From Eledone cirrhosa (taxonomy: Eukaryota), in assembly GCA_964016885.1 (NCBI GenBank), contig OZ024741.1:90644001-90708000 (forward strand): a stretch of DNA of 64,000 nucleotides. The letters are read 5' to 3'. The position numbers and the translations under genes were made by a program. Below are positions 21,619 through 32,699 of this stretch, piece by piece (positions within the stretch are counted from its first letter, which is position 1; the number at the start of each line of letters is the position of its first letter). Under the pieces are notes generated by a model. The model ran no database searches and was not told the origin of the DNA. It saw only the letters and a program-made list of their open reading frames with translations.

Positions 21619-23715
21619 ATGGCTACGAAAAAGAAATTTCATACGTCACTCCCACTCATTCCGTCTCCTTCTTCCTCAATCATCACTACAGCAGAGAGAA
21701 GATTGTCTCTCTCCCTCCCTTCTTTAAATGTGTCTCTCTCCCTCCCTTCTCTTTCGCAAGTGACGAAAGAAAAGAAAAGTCTCGTGCAAAGCGTGCAAGG
21801 TTTCTCCACGACGACGACGACAGCGACGAAACAGGTGTGCGGGAAATACGAAAACCCAGTTCATTCGTCTGACGTCAGGAATAATAGCAGTAGCAGCCGT
21901 AATAACAACAGCAACAGTGACAATGAAAACAACAGTAGCAGCCGCAACAGCATCACCAGCAGCATAAACAACAACAGCATTAGCAGCAGCAACACCAACA
22001 ACAACCACAGTAACAGCGGCGGAGGCAGTAGTCGTAGTACCTGCAGCAACAACAAAAGTACCAGCAGCTCTGACGACAACAACAACAGCAGAGAAAAACC
22101 AATCTCATTTGCAGGTATTGCGAAAAACTTGGAAACAATCCTCATAACAAATGAGGAATTAGAGGAAGCGAAGAAGATGGTGACAAAGAACCGACACCGA
22201 GCAATCTGCAAGGCAGCGAAAAATTTTTTCGAAACCCAAGAGCACTGTACGGTCACGTACCGTACAGTAAGTACAAAATCCCGTAGGGTGGAAAGAGCCA
22301 CAGAGGCCCAAATACAAAAAGCCTTGGGGTCTGTGTGGCAGCGGAAAACGCACATCACCCGAGGCAAAAAATATGCCACCGTAGACGTACTTTTTGCCAC
22401 ACCCCAGGAGGCAAAGGCCCAATCAGTAGTGACCCTAAGGAGCGAGGAAATGGTGTTGGTGCCCTCCTACTGTGGGCAAAAAATTGTGAGGGTCAAACTG
22501 ACCCACGTCCCCCCCGGAATGACCCCTTCTTGGCTGGCCGCGTCTGTCCTCGTCGGAATCGAGGACAAAACAACTGTACTGCAAGTACAGAAAAAAGTAA
22601 GAGAAGATTGGGTCGGCTCCTCCATTGAGATGCTAATCCAAACCAACCAGGAGTGCATCGAAGCTATCCCGGATGTGATAGACTTCGATAACGGCACTCA
22701 ACTGCCCATAAGTGTTGAGGGCAAACGCCCGAAGTGCTTTCGCTGTGGATCGAAGACTCACCTCAGGGCCTTCTGCAACGAGAAGACCCTGAGAAAGGAG
22801 AAAACCCCCCTCCTTCCGAATCCGGCTCCACGGCTACCAGCAACAGGACAAGCGGCAACCAGGAACGATAGGCCCGTGGCACCCATACCCACTCCACGGA
22901 AATCAAAAACAGCAGCAGCAGTGGAAATACTAACAACAACAACAGCAATACCAAATGCAGCTGCAACAGAGACTCCAGTGCAAACATCACCAACAACAAC
23001 AAGTGAAAGAGTGGAGTTGGTACCCCTCCCCGACCTCACAGAATCAGACATGGAGTGTGAGGTGGGAGAGGGATGGCAAAAGGTCGTAAGAAGGCACAAA
23101 CGCAGAAGCAGCGCATCGTCGCCTTTGAAAAGGGAGGAAAGAAATGAGAAAAGGGTAAAGTCTACTGCAAAGAGACCCACAGCAGCAACAACACCAACAC
23201 CATCGCCACCCACACTAGCGCCACCATCACCACCGGCGACAACCCCACCGCCAACAACACCTTCAACACCACCACCACAAGCACCAACATCGCAAACACA
23301 ACAACAAAACACACACACCCAGCAACAACGACAAGAAAATAGCAGAACCACACCCCACCCCCAGAAAAACAAATGCACGGCAATAAATACACACAACAAG
23401 AAACTAATGACTTACATAATTGAACACACAGACATTTCACAACAGGACTACATAATACCAGCACCAATCAAAACGCCAACTAACATAAAACTGCTAAAAA
23501 TAGCACAGAAACAATACACAAATATTAAAACGAAATTCCCCAACGCAGTTGGTGATTTCAGGGACCTAGGAGGAACCATCAATCGAAGAGTATACTCAGA
23601 CATTCTCTTAGAAGAGCCGACGACCAGCCGAAGGGACGATTCAACGGTCCCTTCACCAGACGATCAAGTGAAAAGGGATGTAAAAACCATCCCTCCTCTA
23701 CCAAAAGTACGGTAA
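21619..23715 (+). CDS. ORF1 protein (698 aa, CCHC knuckle)
   Basis: Open ORF, one extra Pro codon as in unit 1. Confidence 0.9.
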   Translation: MATKKKFHTSLPLIPSPSSSIITTAERRLSLSLPSLNVSLSLPSLSQVTKEKKSLVQSVQGFSTTTTTATKQVCGKYENPVHSSDVRNNSSSSRNNNSNSDNENNSSSRNSITSSINNNSISSSNTNNNHSNSGGGSSRSTCSNNKSTSSSDDNNNSREKPISFAGIAKNLETILITNEELEEAKKMVTKNRHRAICKAAKNFFETQEHCTVTYRTVSTKSRRVERATEAQIQKALGSVWQRKTHITRGKKYATVDVLFATPQEAKAQSVVTLRSEEMVLVPSYCGQKIVRVKLTHVPPGMTPSWLAASVLVGIEDKTTVLQVQKKVREDWVGSSIEMLIQTNQECIEAIPDVIDFDNGTQLPISVEGKRPKCFRCGSKTHLRAFCNEKTLRKEKTPLLPNPAPRLPATGQAATRNDRPVAPIPTPRKSKTAAAVEILTTTTAIPNAAATETPVQTSPTTTSERVELVPLPDLTESDMECEVGEGWQKVVRRHKRRSSASSPLKREERNEKRVKSTAKRPTAATTPTPSPPTLAPPSPPATTPPPTTPSTPPPQAPTSQTQQQNTHTQQQRQENSRTTPHPQKNKCTAINTHNKKLMTYIIEHTDISQQDYIIPAPIKTPTNIKLLKIAQKQYTNIKTKFPNAVGDFRDLGGTINRRVYSDILLEEPTTSRRDDSTVPSPDDQVKRDVKTIPPLPKVR

Positions 23716-23750
23716 GTGGTCTTTCCCATCTTTTCCACTCTATTTTAAAC

Positions 23751-26700
23751 ATGACCTCACTCAGAATAGGCAGCATAAATGCGCGTGGCTTGGGGTCGTC
23801 ATGGAAGCAGGGTCACCTGCTCAACGACCTCAGGTCACTAAACATAGATGTAGTGGCCATCAGCGAGACCAGAATCTCCGAAGCACGGGCCTTCGCACCG
23901 ATCTTCGGCGGCTACGATGTGTACGCATCTCCCAGCCGTCCTAGATCCGGTGGAGGAGTTGCTGTACTTTTTCGGAGAGGTTTGGATCTCGCCATACGGG
24001 CCATCTTCCTGGACCCAGAGGGTAAGCTGGTGGTGCTGGACGTGACCAGCGGAGACGGGCAAGCTTTCAGGCTAGTGGCCGTCTATGCCCCGACAGGAGC
24101 AGGGAGGCCTGATTTCTTCCGGCGTCTGGAGACCTTTCTTGGAACGTCGCGCTCTTTAGTGTTAGTGGGCGACTGGAACGGGATCTTAGATGCACGCTGG
24201 GACTGTGTGGGATTAGCGGATAGGGGTGGAGGGTGCAAGAGCCTCACCAACCTGCTCAGGCGTTTTGAACTGTCTGACAGGTACCGATTGGATTTCCCGA
24301 ATGTGCCAATGTGGACTTGGACAAATCGCATAGGGTCATCCAGATCATATCTAGATAGAGTATTTTGTAGGGAAATAGATAGGTCTAGCATAGGCTGTCC
24401 ACAATTCAAGATAGTCAGCTACACGGACAACAAATTCGTGATCTGTGTGCTTGACTTAGATAGGCTTCATAGACGAGGACCCGGCTACTGGAAGCTAAAC
24501 GCGTCCTTACCAGCGCGCAAGGCCTACAGAGACCGGATTAGCGAACTAGTTAAGCGGGCGTTGACGGGGGCCATCGTCAACAACAAGTGGTGGTTTGCTC
24601 TGAAAAGAGCGATTAGAATAGAATCGATTAGATTTAGTAAGGCTTTAGCAATAGAGAAAAATAGAGCAGAGGGAGAACTAGTTAGAAAATTAGACGAGGC
24701 GCTTAGCAAAGGCATTGCGACCGACGTGCTTGCGGCGAAATTGGCCCTTGACCAATTCTTCAATGCAAAGCACGAAGGCTGCGTTGTCAGAGCAAGGGTG
24801 CGTGCTCTCAGACACGAGGGGACGAAAGCCGTTCAATGGGCCCGAGTGGCGGAAGCGCGTCGTGGCAACAAAGCCACGATCCGGTCTTTGGTGGACCACG
24901 ACGGGCGCATGCTACTCGATCCCGGGCAAATGTGTGAAGCTTTTCAGCGACACTTCGCTCAGCTGTTCGGGGGCAGCGGGGGGCCGGGTAGAGGCATGGA
25001 CTTTAGTGTCTACCTCGACGGACTGCCGCGGCTCTCGGCCACTGAGGCGAAGTGTTGCGAAAAGCCGATAACAGCCGCTGAAGTACGGGAGGCAATGACT
25101 GGCTGCACAAGGGGTAAATCGCCTGGTTTGGATGGTCTGCCCTATGAACTTTACGTACAGATGCCAGACTTGTTCGGAGGCCTCTTGGCGGACGTCTACT
25201 GCAACTGGCAACAGAACGGGAGAATTCCCAGTTCTGTGAGCCGAGGAGCGGTGGCACTGCTGAGAAAGGATCCGAACAAGGGGGATAACATAGACAATTT
25301 CCGGCCCATAACTCTGCTAAACACAGAGTTTAAGATTTTGGCCAAGGTGCTAGCAAAGAGGTTGGCGCTTGTCGTTGGTGGTCTGGTGGGGGAGGCGCAG
25401 ACATGCGCCATTCCCGACAGATCCATCCACGACAACCTCCACCTCATGCGATACATCGTAGAGAGGGTAGCTAGGGAACCTGGCACGGGTGGGTCCTTGA
25501 TCAATTTAGATCAGTCGAAAGCTTTCGATAGGGTCGACCATCGTTACCTAGCGGCAGTCCTGAGGGCGGCTGGCTTTGGGCCCGTCTTCAGAGGCTGGAT
25601 CGCTGCCATGCACAGCGACATCTGCTCTGTAGTGAGAGTGAACGGTCACCTGTCGGAACCGTTCAACATCATGCGCTCGGTCCGCCAAGGATGTCCCCTC
25701 TCGTCCCTCTTGTACGTATTGACTCTCGAGCCATTACTGCACAAACTGGAGACGTTGAGGGGAGTCCCGCGCGAACTAGGATGCGGAAGATCCGTGTCAG
25801 CATATGCGGACGATGTCACCGTAGTGGTGTCGAACGCCAAACACATCGAGGCGATCGGCACTACACTAAGAGAATACGAAGCGGTGACAGGAGCAATGAT
25901 CAACCAGGAAAAGTCAGTGGGCCTGCAGCTCGGCACCTGGAGAGGCAGGTCCATGCCGTCCAACAGCGTCGTCGGACGCTGGACGGACGGACCGGTTAAA
26001 TTGCTAGGGGTCTGGTTCGGTCCGGACCTCCAGACGGACAAAAACTGGGACGAGGTGACGAGCAGGGTGGCTTCTCTCACCCAGAAATGGGCGGAGAGGA
26101 AGCTATCCCTGAAAGGTCGAGCGGAGGTGGCTAACGCGTACATCGCGTCTGTCATCTGCTACCGCCTAACCGTCGTACCTTGTCCTAAGCCTCGCCTGAC
26201 TGCGCTGGAGCGTTTGCTCTTTCGCTTTTTGTGGAAGGGACGTGCTCCGATGGTCAGGCGGTCCATCTGTTGTCAACACCCGCTACGTGGAGGGCTGGGC
26301 ATGCCGTGGCTGATGATGCGCAGGCACGCGCTCAGGCTACGACATCTCCACCTCTTCCTCGACGGTGATCAGGTGTGGTCGCCGTTTGCTAGACGCGTTT
26401 TTCCCCAGCTCGTTTCCTTGACGGAGCTGCAGTCCTGGGTCAAGCGAAGACCGAGAGGGAGCGCCTGGAGACTGGAATGTCTTCAGGCGCTCACAGCCCT
26501 CGACCAATCGGGCAATGTGATCGGTGGAAACTCCACCTCGGCGTTCTATAGAGGATTAGTGGAGGGGAAGAGCGACGACGTACTTGGGGAAACTCTAGGC
26601 GTCGACGAAAATCAACTAGCCAATCTCTTCGGAAGAACTTTCGGGCCAGGGCCTATGGACAACTTCCAGAAATCTCTGGCCTGGCAGTGCTACCGAGGAG

Positions 26701-27137
26701 CCTTGCCAGTTCGGGATAAACTCTACAGGCATGGAGGTGCCGTCAGCCGGGCATGTCCGAGATGCGCGCAGGGCGACGAAACCGTCCTGCACGCACTCGT
26801 CCAGTGTCCGAAAATTGCTGACTTGTGGGTTTATGTCGAACACCTGCTGTCGCGTTTAGGACGGATCCAGCTATCATCTGAGTCTATCGTGAGGATTGCC
26901 CCGCCCTCCTCCTTTAGCCGGGAAGGGCAGGCAGTTTTTATCTGTCTGGTGGCCATGGCGAAAGAGATAGTATGGTGGACACGTTTGAAAGGGCTGAAGA
27001 CGAGCACTTACCTCTTCGGTGATGCTCTGATTGCCTTTTTCAAATTTCATTTGAAAAGGAAAATCAGAGTAGAGAAGGAAGTGCTCTCTTCCCAGCATTT
27101 TGTTGAAAGATGGGTGAGAGAAGCAAGAATGGCCTGA
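23751..27137 (+). CDS. ORF2 protein (1128 aa), probably endonuclease-dead
   Basis: TDH->TDN at 24429-24431; CGA->TGA at 27135 removes the last 11 aa. Confidence 0.85.
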   Translation: MTSLRIGSINARGLGSSWKQGHLLNDLRSLNIDVVAISETRISEARAFAPIFGGYDVYASPSRPRSGGGVAVLFRRGLDLAIRAIFLDPEGKLVVLDVTSGDGQAFRLVAVYAPTGAGRPDFFRRLETFLGTSRSLVLVGDWNGILDARWDCVGLADRGGGCKSLTNLLRRFELSDRYRLDFPNVPMWTWTNRIGSSRSYLDRVFCREIDRSSIGCPQFKIVSYTDNKFVICVLDLDRLHRRGPGYWKLNASLPARKAYRDRISELVKRALTGAIVNNKWWFALKRAIRIESIRFSKALAIEKNRAEGELVRKLDEALSKGIATDVLAAKLALDQFFNAKHEGCVVRARVRALRHEGTKAVQWARVAEARRGNKATIRSLVDHDGRMLLDPGQMCEAFQRHFAQLFGGSGGPGRGMDFSVYLDGLPRLSATEAKCCEKPITAAEVREAMTGCTRGKSPGLDGLPYELYVQMPDLFGGLLADVYCNWQQNGRIPSSVSRGAVALLRKDPNKGDNIDNFRPITLLNTEFKILAKVLAKRLALVVGGLVGEAQTCAIPDRSIHDNLHLMRYIVERVAREPGTGGSLINLDQSKAFDRVDHRYLAAVLRAAGFGPVFRGWIAAMHSDICSVVRVNGHLSEPFNIMRSVRQGCPLSSLLYVLTLEPLLHKLETLRGVPRELGCGRSVSAYADDVTVVVSNAKHIEAIGTTLREYEAVTGAMINQEKSVGLQLGTWRGRSMPSNSVVGRWTDGPVKLLGVWFGPDLQTDKNWDEVTSRVASLTQKWAERKLSLKGRAEVANAYIASVICYRLTVVPCPKPRLTALERLLFRFLWKGRAPMVRRSICCQHPLRGGLGMPWLMMRRHALRLRHLHLFLDGDQVWSPFARRVFPQLVSLTELQSWVKRRPRGSAWRLECLQALTALDQSGNVIGGNSTSAFYRGLVEGKSDDVLGETLGVDENQLANLFGRTFGPGPMDNFQKSLAWQCYRGALPVRDKLYRHGGAVSRACPRCAQGDETVLHALVQCPKIADLWVYVEHLLSRLGRIQLSSESIVRIAPPSSFSREGQAVFICLVAMAKEIVWWTRLKGLKTSTYLFGDALIAFFKFHLKRKIRVEKEVLSSQHFVERWVREARMA

Positions 27138-27431
27138 GTGAATGGGCCGACTCTGAGTATATATCTGTAAACTAAAGGTGGAAAACTGGGAGAGGGCACT
27201 TGCCTTGGTGATCAGGGTCATTGTGGCTTTTTACTGGGCTTTCTCCACAAATGTCCCTCCGAAGTCTCCCCCCTATTGGGGAATTTTTCATTGTTATTTT
27301 CATTGTTATTTTTGTTACATCCTCTGTTTTTGTTTTTTTTACACGCAGAAATGCCCATTTGTACCGTCCTGCATTGTCCTGCACTGTCCTTAATGTCTAC
27401 TTTATGTAAACCCTTGTGGTTAATAAAGAAA

Positions 27432-27475
<44 letters not shown>

Positions 27476-28019
27476 GCGCTCTGGGTACAAATCCTTCCTT
27501 GGTCAGTCAAATAATGTACCGTTCAATCATTAGAGTCGATTTAATGAACTAACTCTTCACTCACCAAATGTTCGGCTTTCTTACCATGTTAGAAATGATT
27601 GTTATCATTATTTTGTTTTTGTAATAAGTTAGAGGAGCCAAAGCTATCATGGATATACTAAATGGATGGATCTGCGTAAAAATAAGTTTCGTGATGAAAG
27701 TCATAAATAACATTACCAAAGAGCTCCCTGAGAAGGCGCTTGTTATTTATGTTGTAGTAGATGGTAATTTGATGAAACTTAAATTTCAGATGCCATTATT
27801 AAACGAGCATTTAAGAGAAAGTCTTTCATACCTGATTTAGTGAATATTTTGCTAGTATGGATAAGCTCGTACAAAGCTGGTGATAGGCTCAGTCGGGATT
27901 TAAAATTCAGGCCTTATTTCAACGTGCTTATCAAGTATTTTATTAATTTGTGCTAAACATGTGTATATAATTTATGTATGGTTATATAAATGTACAGAGA
28001 AAATCGTTATAACGTCGGG

Positions 28020-28135
28020 TAGAATGCTTTGCGGTATTCATTCCACCTCTCTTCTCTCAGAGTTCAAATCCCACCGAAGTCAATTTTGCTTTCGAGGTCG
28101 ATAAAAATAGTACCAGTCTAGTACTGGGGTCGATT
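28020..28135 (+). mobile_element. Degraded tRNA-derived SINE fragment
   Basis: gagttcaaatcccaccgaagtcaattttgctttc..gtcgataaaaatagtaccagt matches the SINE at 38604-38797. Confidence 0.65.
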
Positions 28136-28159
28136 CTTTTCCTATATCTCTTTCTCACG

Positions 28160-28890
28160 TCACACACACACACACACAGCCTCGGCGGACAGGATGGAGA
28201 AGGCGTTCCCACGGAGGACGGCAAGGGTGATGCGCTGGAAAAGCCACTCCAACTCGCGGGGTTCATACCTGCGGCTGGCCAGCTCAGCGCCTATGGTGGT
28301 GAGTAGGGAGGTAGCCCTAGAGCCGAGGACACCAGAAGTCTCCACTGCCAGGGATACAACCGTAAACCTGTCGGAGAGCGACCGGTATTTGAGGAGTTTG
28401 GCCTCCTCAGCCCGACGTGCAACAGAACCTGGGTTAGTCGCAGACTGCACCAGGTTGCGGCTGCAGAAAGTGTCGGTGCAAGTAGCATCCCAGACGAGGG
28501 GTTTGCCACCGTGGAACGGGAAGATGGTCATGCCATCTGGCCTTTTGCCGTCCCCTCGGTCCAGCCCCACCGACTCGAGCTGGGAAGGGAAGCCCGCAGC
28601 GTCCAAGCCATGCTTGAATCCACGGTGGATCCGCAGCGACATTGGTGTGGATCGCAGATATGGAGGCTGAGCCTCAAGGAAACGCCGATGCGCAGGCTAT
28701 TGTTGTCTAGCTGGTGTGGAAGGCGGCCGGCACTGTGGCGACAAGAAAGCGGGTGGAGGCCGAAAGAATCCACGGTGGATCCGCAGCGACATTGGTGTGG
28801 ATCGCAGATATGGAGGCTGAGCCTCAAGGAAACGCCGATGCGCAGGCTATTGTTGTCTAGCTGGGTGCCAGTGGAGAAGGAGGGCAAGGT
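28160..28890 (-). mobile_element. CRE-like non-LTR retrotransposon 3' fragment (zinc motif + restriction-like endonuclease)
   Basis: CRCG..HPLSC, RPDG, LVWDAT, AEEAKLLKY, AVETSG, QRITLAVLRGNA: PD..D-type RLE typical of CRE-clade elements. It runs into (TG)n. Confidence 0.8.
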
Positions 28891-28964
28891 ATGGAGCCAG
28901 ACTGTGTTTTATAATAATAGCAGGCTCTGGCTGACTGGACCAGCAAAAGCCCCCCAATATACAA

Positions 28965-29718
28965 ATGCTCAACGTAATTGGGACGTCATCAAGTGCAGGT
29001 CTACCTTCAGTCGGATCGAGTCACGCTTGGACCAACACCGCCTTGCCTGTTTCAGCTCCGCCTTGCAGTCAAACAGCAGTAGCTGGCTCAATTCGGTGCC
29101 CTCTTCATCAACAGGTACCCTTCTTGATGGCGGGTGCACTCGCATCGGAGTGGCTCAACACCTCGGCCTCCGCGTTTATGAGCCACATAAATGCCGTCGT
29201 GAAGCTGTCGTCGTCTGCACCCACTGTCATGCCGCAAGAGTGCCGATCGCACCCCCCCCCCCCCCCCCAACATGCTGCTCTCAACGACATAATGAAAATG
29301 AGCCGCGAGGCAGCCTGCTTCCCTTCACAACTGGAGCCAACAAACCTCAGGGAGACGGCAAGGAGGTAAATCCCTCATTTGGGATGCGACATGCTGTGAC
29401 ACGTTCTCCACCACCAACTTAGTCGCCTCGGCCACAAAACCTGGTACCGTGGTCCGCAAGGCAGAAGATAGGAAGACAAGCAAATACTGGGGCATGTCCG
29501 GCCGCTTCCTCTTTTTATCGATCGCCGTTGAAACCTCAGGCGTCGTCGGACCCCGGCCAGCTGACCTCCTCCATAAAATCAGATCTATAGTAGTCCGTAT
29601 TAGGAAGGAGTGTTGTGAGGTGGGGTTACAGCTGCAGCGAGTGTCGCTGGCCATTGTCCTCGGAAATGTCTCTGCCATTTTATTCGCGGGGCGCAGCCAG
29701 AACACCACTCTGACATAG
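28965..29718 (+). mobile_element. Second, divergent CRE-like RLE fragment (frameshifted)
   Basis: SSSWLNSVP, RIGVAQHLG, HAALNDI, AEDRKTSKY, AVETSG, QRVSLAIVLGN. Confidence 0.75.
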
Positions 29719-30113
29719 GTGTAGTGTCTATCACCTTCTCCTCTTCCCCTTTTCTTTCTTACTTTATCTCATAGTCATTGCTCTTCCCATCCTTTTCCTA
29801 TCATTTATGGCATTTATATTCCTTTCCAATGCTGCTTTCTTTTTCTGTGTTTGACTTATTTATAATTTTATACTTATTTCATGTTTTTCAAATAATTATT
29901 TATTAATTGTATTATTTGTATTAATATATGTATTAATATGTATTCATTGTATAATGCCCTTGTCCCTACCTTCATTATCTTTTACGTAACTTTCTCTGTT
30001 CGGCGACATGTATTGTAACTTTAATGTTTACTCTATTCTATGTGCAAGATAGTGTGGCCAATAAGGAAATCATTTTAACAAATACATAAATAAAGGTTTC
30101 TTATATTAATAAT

Positions 30114-30300
30114 AATTGTTTCTACTTTTGGCACAAGGCCAGCATATCCCAGTGCATTACTGGTACTTTATTTTATCGACCCCGTAAGGATGAAAGGCAA
30201 AGTTAACCTCAGCGGGATTTGAACTCAGACCATAAAGGGCCGTAACTCTTTGCTGCAAAGCATGGCGTCCGACTCTCTACCGATACTGCCAATCCACCGC
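30114..30300 (-). mobile_element. tRNA-derived SINE (family S1)
   Basis: Reverse strand has an A box (TGGCAGTATCGG), a B box (GAGTTCAAATCC), a core and a tail ...GGCCTTGTGCCAAAAGTAGAAACAATTATT. Near-identical copies at 38604, 56672 and 63820. Confidence 0.85.
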
Positions 30301-31532
30301 ACCAACAAACATAAATAATAAATTACTTTTTCCGTTACAAGAATTATAAATCAAAGGAAAAATATATCTTTTTTTATATGATCTAGCTTGTTGGTCTGGA
30401 TACAACATGACCAAACTGTTAAAATGTTAGACTCGTAATCACGATGTGTGGCACCTTGAGCAAGTTCTATTTACCATAAACTAGAAGTGACCCAAATCTT
30501 GAGTGTGAAATTGGGTTGACAGGAAATATTTGGAAGCCCGTCGGTTGGATCGTGCCTGTAATTTGTGAAATTATGCCACACCGAATCTTCCTGGAAATTA
30601 CGCTCAGGTACAAGCGCCTCTGGAATACACAGCCGTTAATTGAATGAAGAAAGTGACGGAGGTCCATTTGCTTACTAGTAATATTCGCAATATTACAAAT
30701 TTTAACTGTTGTCATAAACACAAGAAACAAAGTCGATCAAAGCCGCATTGTATTGCAGAAATGTGAACCACTATCTATAATCGACAGCCCCAAGCTGATA
30801 AAGCTTGATAGCAACTAAAAAAAAAAGAAAAAGGCGTATAAGTGATTGCTCAGTCTACTAGAAATAGCAGCGAAAAATCCTTCAACTCACATTATAACGT
30901 CTTAGACAAGGCAGGGTACATTAAATAATATCTTAAAACAAAACGATGTGGTCATGGGAGGAAAGCATATGATCATAATCCAGCAGGATCTGTCTAAACC
31001 TGGAATTCAACAGTATTAAGTTTTAAAATCAATGTTCCAAGTATAATATAGTAGTTAAAGGGAGAGTACTTCTCTAAAGGGAGGTAACTTGCAATAATTG
31101 TTATTTCTTTAAGGGAATATGGTTAAATCTTAATTATTCCTGATTATTGACTGACTTTAAAATGTCATTTATATTAGGCCTCTGTTTTATATATACGTTA
31201 AATGACGCTGACAATGACTGTAATATATTAACAGTTGTATAAATAAGGCCACAAATTGTTTATAATTCTCACAGATTGAAAATATAAACACAAATAATAT
31301 ATAAACACAAATATAAACATAAAATATAAACACAAATAATATATAGAATTAATTATTGCTAGGAAGCTTATAAATATAATAGACAAAAATATATAATCAA
31401 AGCTAGAGAGATAAAAAATTCAAAACATCAATTCACCACCAAGTGCGTCAATGGGGCACACACCACATGGCTCATCAGAAATTTTTGAGGCAAGCCAACA
31501 CACTCGTGAAACCAGGTCGAAAACGAGCAGAT

Positions 31533-31537
<5 letters not shown>

Positions 31538-31610
<73 letters not shown>
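31538..31610. repeat. (GA)n microsatellite
   Basis: Direct reading. Confidence 0.95.
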
Positions 31611-31613
<3 letters not shown>

Positions 31614-31699
31614 ATATGAAAGCGTGGTGGGACACCAAATCGAGCAAAACAGGTAAAGGGGGGTCACAGCAGGACAGTCTATCGACTCTCGTCAAAACT

Positions 31700-32690
31700 C
31701 AATTGAAATTAGAAAAATAAATGTATGCATGTATTAATTACACACGCATATAGATATTTTCTTAGGCTAAAAACAGAAGTGATACCCCAATAACGTGCCG
31801 CATCTCAAACCGTAGCAAATACAGAAAGTTACGCTTTAAAAGGCGATTGGGAGTGTAAATCTCTGGCCAAATTAAGAGTAAAATATTTAATACACGCGGG
31901 TTAATTAGTTATTTCAAAACTAATATCAATTCCACGTGTTAAGAACTCAATTAATTAAAAAAAATAAGTGTATGCATGTTATTATATACACATGCTTATA
32001 TATATTTTCTTAGGCTAAAAACAGAGAAATGACAACAAAAAAACCTCCATATTTCATAACAGTAATAAATACGGAAAGTCATGTTTATAAGGTACCTGGA
32101 AATAAATACCTCTGGCCAAATCAAGAGTAAAATATTTAATACAATAACAGAGATAGCTTAAAGCTAAACTCCGACTGGTAACCATCTCACTCAACAAACA
32201 TTAGGTTATATGTTAGTATAAACCCAATTTAAGTGTTTGGGGTGCTAACTATATGTATTTTGTGGAAAGCCAGTTGTATTATTTTATGAGATATAATTAA
32301 AGTTAAAATATATCTCTCTTTCCAAACAATTGTTTCATTATAAATTTTCTACAAATTGGGAGAATGTTTCCAGTTTATGTAGAAGCCTAACATATATTCA
32401 TGTAAGAATATATTTAGGTGGGCACTTATAAATCTTCAGTGGAAGCCCATTAAACTTTGATATAATAAAAAATTCTTACCGCAGTTAAAAATCGTGTCTG
32501 CTAAGCTGCTCCTTCACGCATTGAATGACCGCCAAATTTGAAATTCCAGCAGTCTTTTGACTGAGGAAGTATCATAGCGTCACTAAGCGGGAAAGGGAGA
32601 CAACCACGATTCACGAGAAAATAAAATAATAAACACGTGGGTTAATTAGTTTTTTCAAAAACATTATCAATCCAACGTGTTAAGAACTCA
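31700..32690. repeat. Diverged ~250-bp tandem repeat interrupted by a hammerhead-bearing insert (~32145-32475)
   Basis: cttaggctaaaaacag and ctctggccaaat..aagagtaaaatatttaataca recur ~250 bp apart; acacg.gggttaattagtt...aagaactca resumes at ~32633. Confidence 0.6.
32320..32444 (-). ncRNA. Type I hammerhead ribozyme (Penelope/retrozyme-type terminus)
   Basis: Minus strand: TTCCA-CTGAAGA-[long stem II, TTATAA/TTATAA]-GAAAC-AATT-GTT-TGGAA. Confidence 0.7.
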
Positions 32691-32699
32691 TATATATAT

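Larger units (their letters stand above)
21404..27475 (+). mobile_element. Tx1-clade non-LTR retrotransposon, family A unit 4 (full length)
   Basis: Same 5' start; (ATT)14 at 27434-27475, followed by unrelated flank GCGCTCTGGG. Confidence 0.95.

Noticed and set aside
1-27475. Telomeric HeT-A/TART-like array
   Set aside because: No telomeric repeats or chromosome-end evidence in the window; it cannot be excluded without the upstream sequence.
4613-27533. Antisense and short overlapping ORFs repeated in each unit (e.g. 212-aa minus ORF, 3' UTR ORFs)
   Set aside because: Shadows of low-complexity CA-rich coding sequence; they recur only because the units are near-identical.
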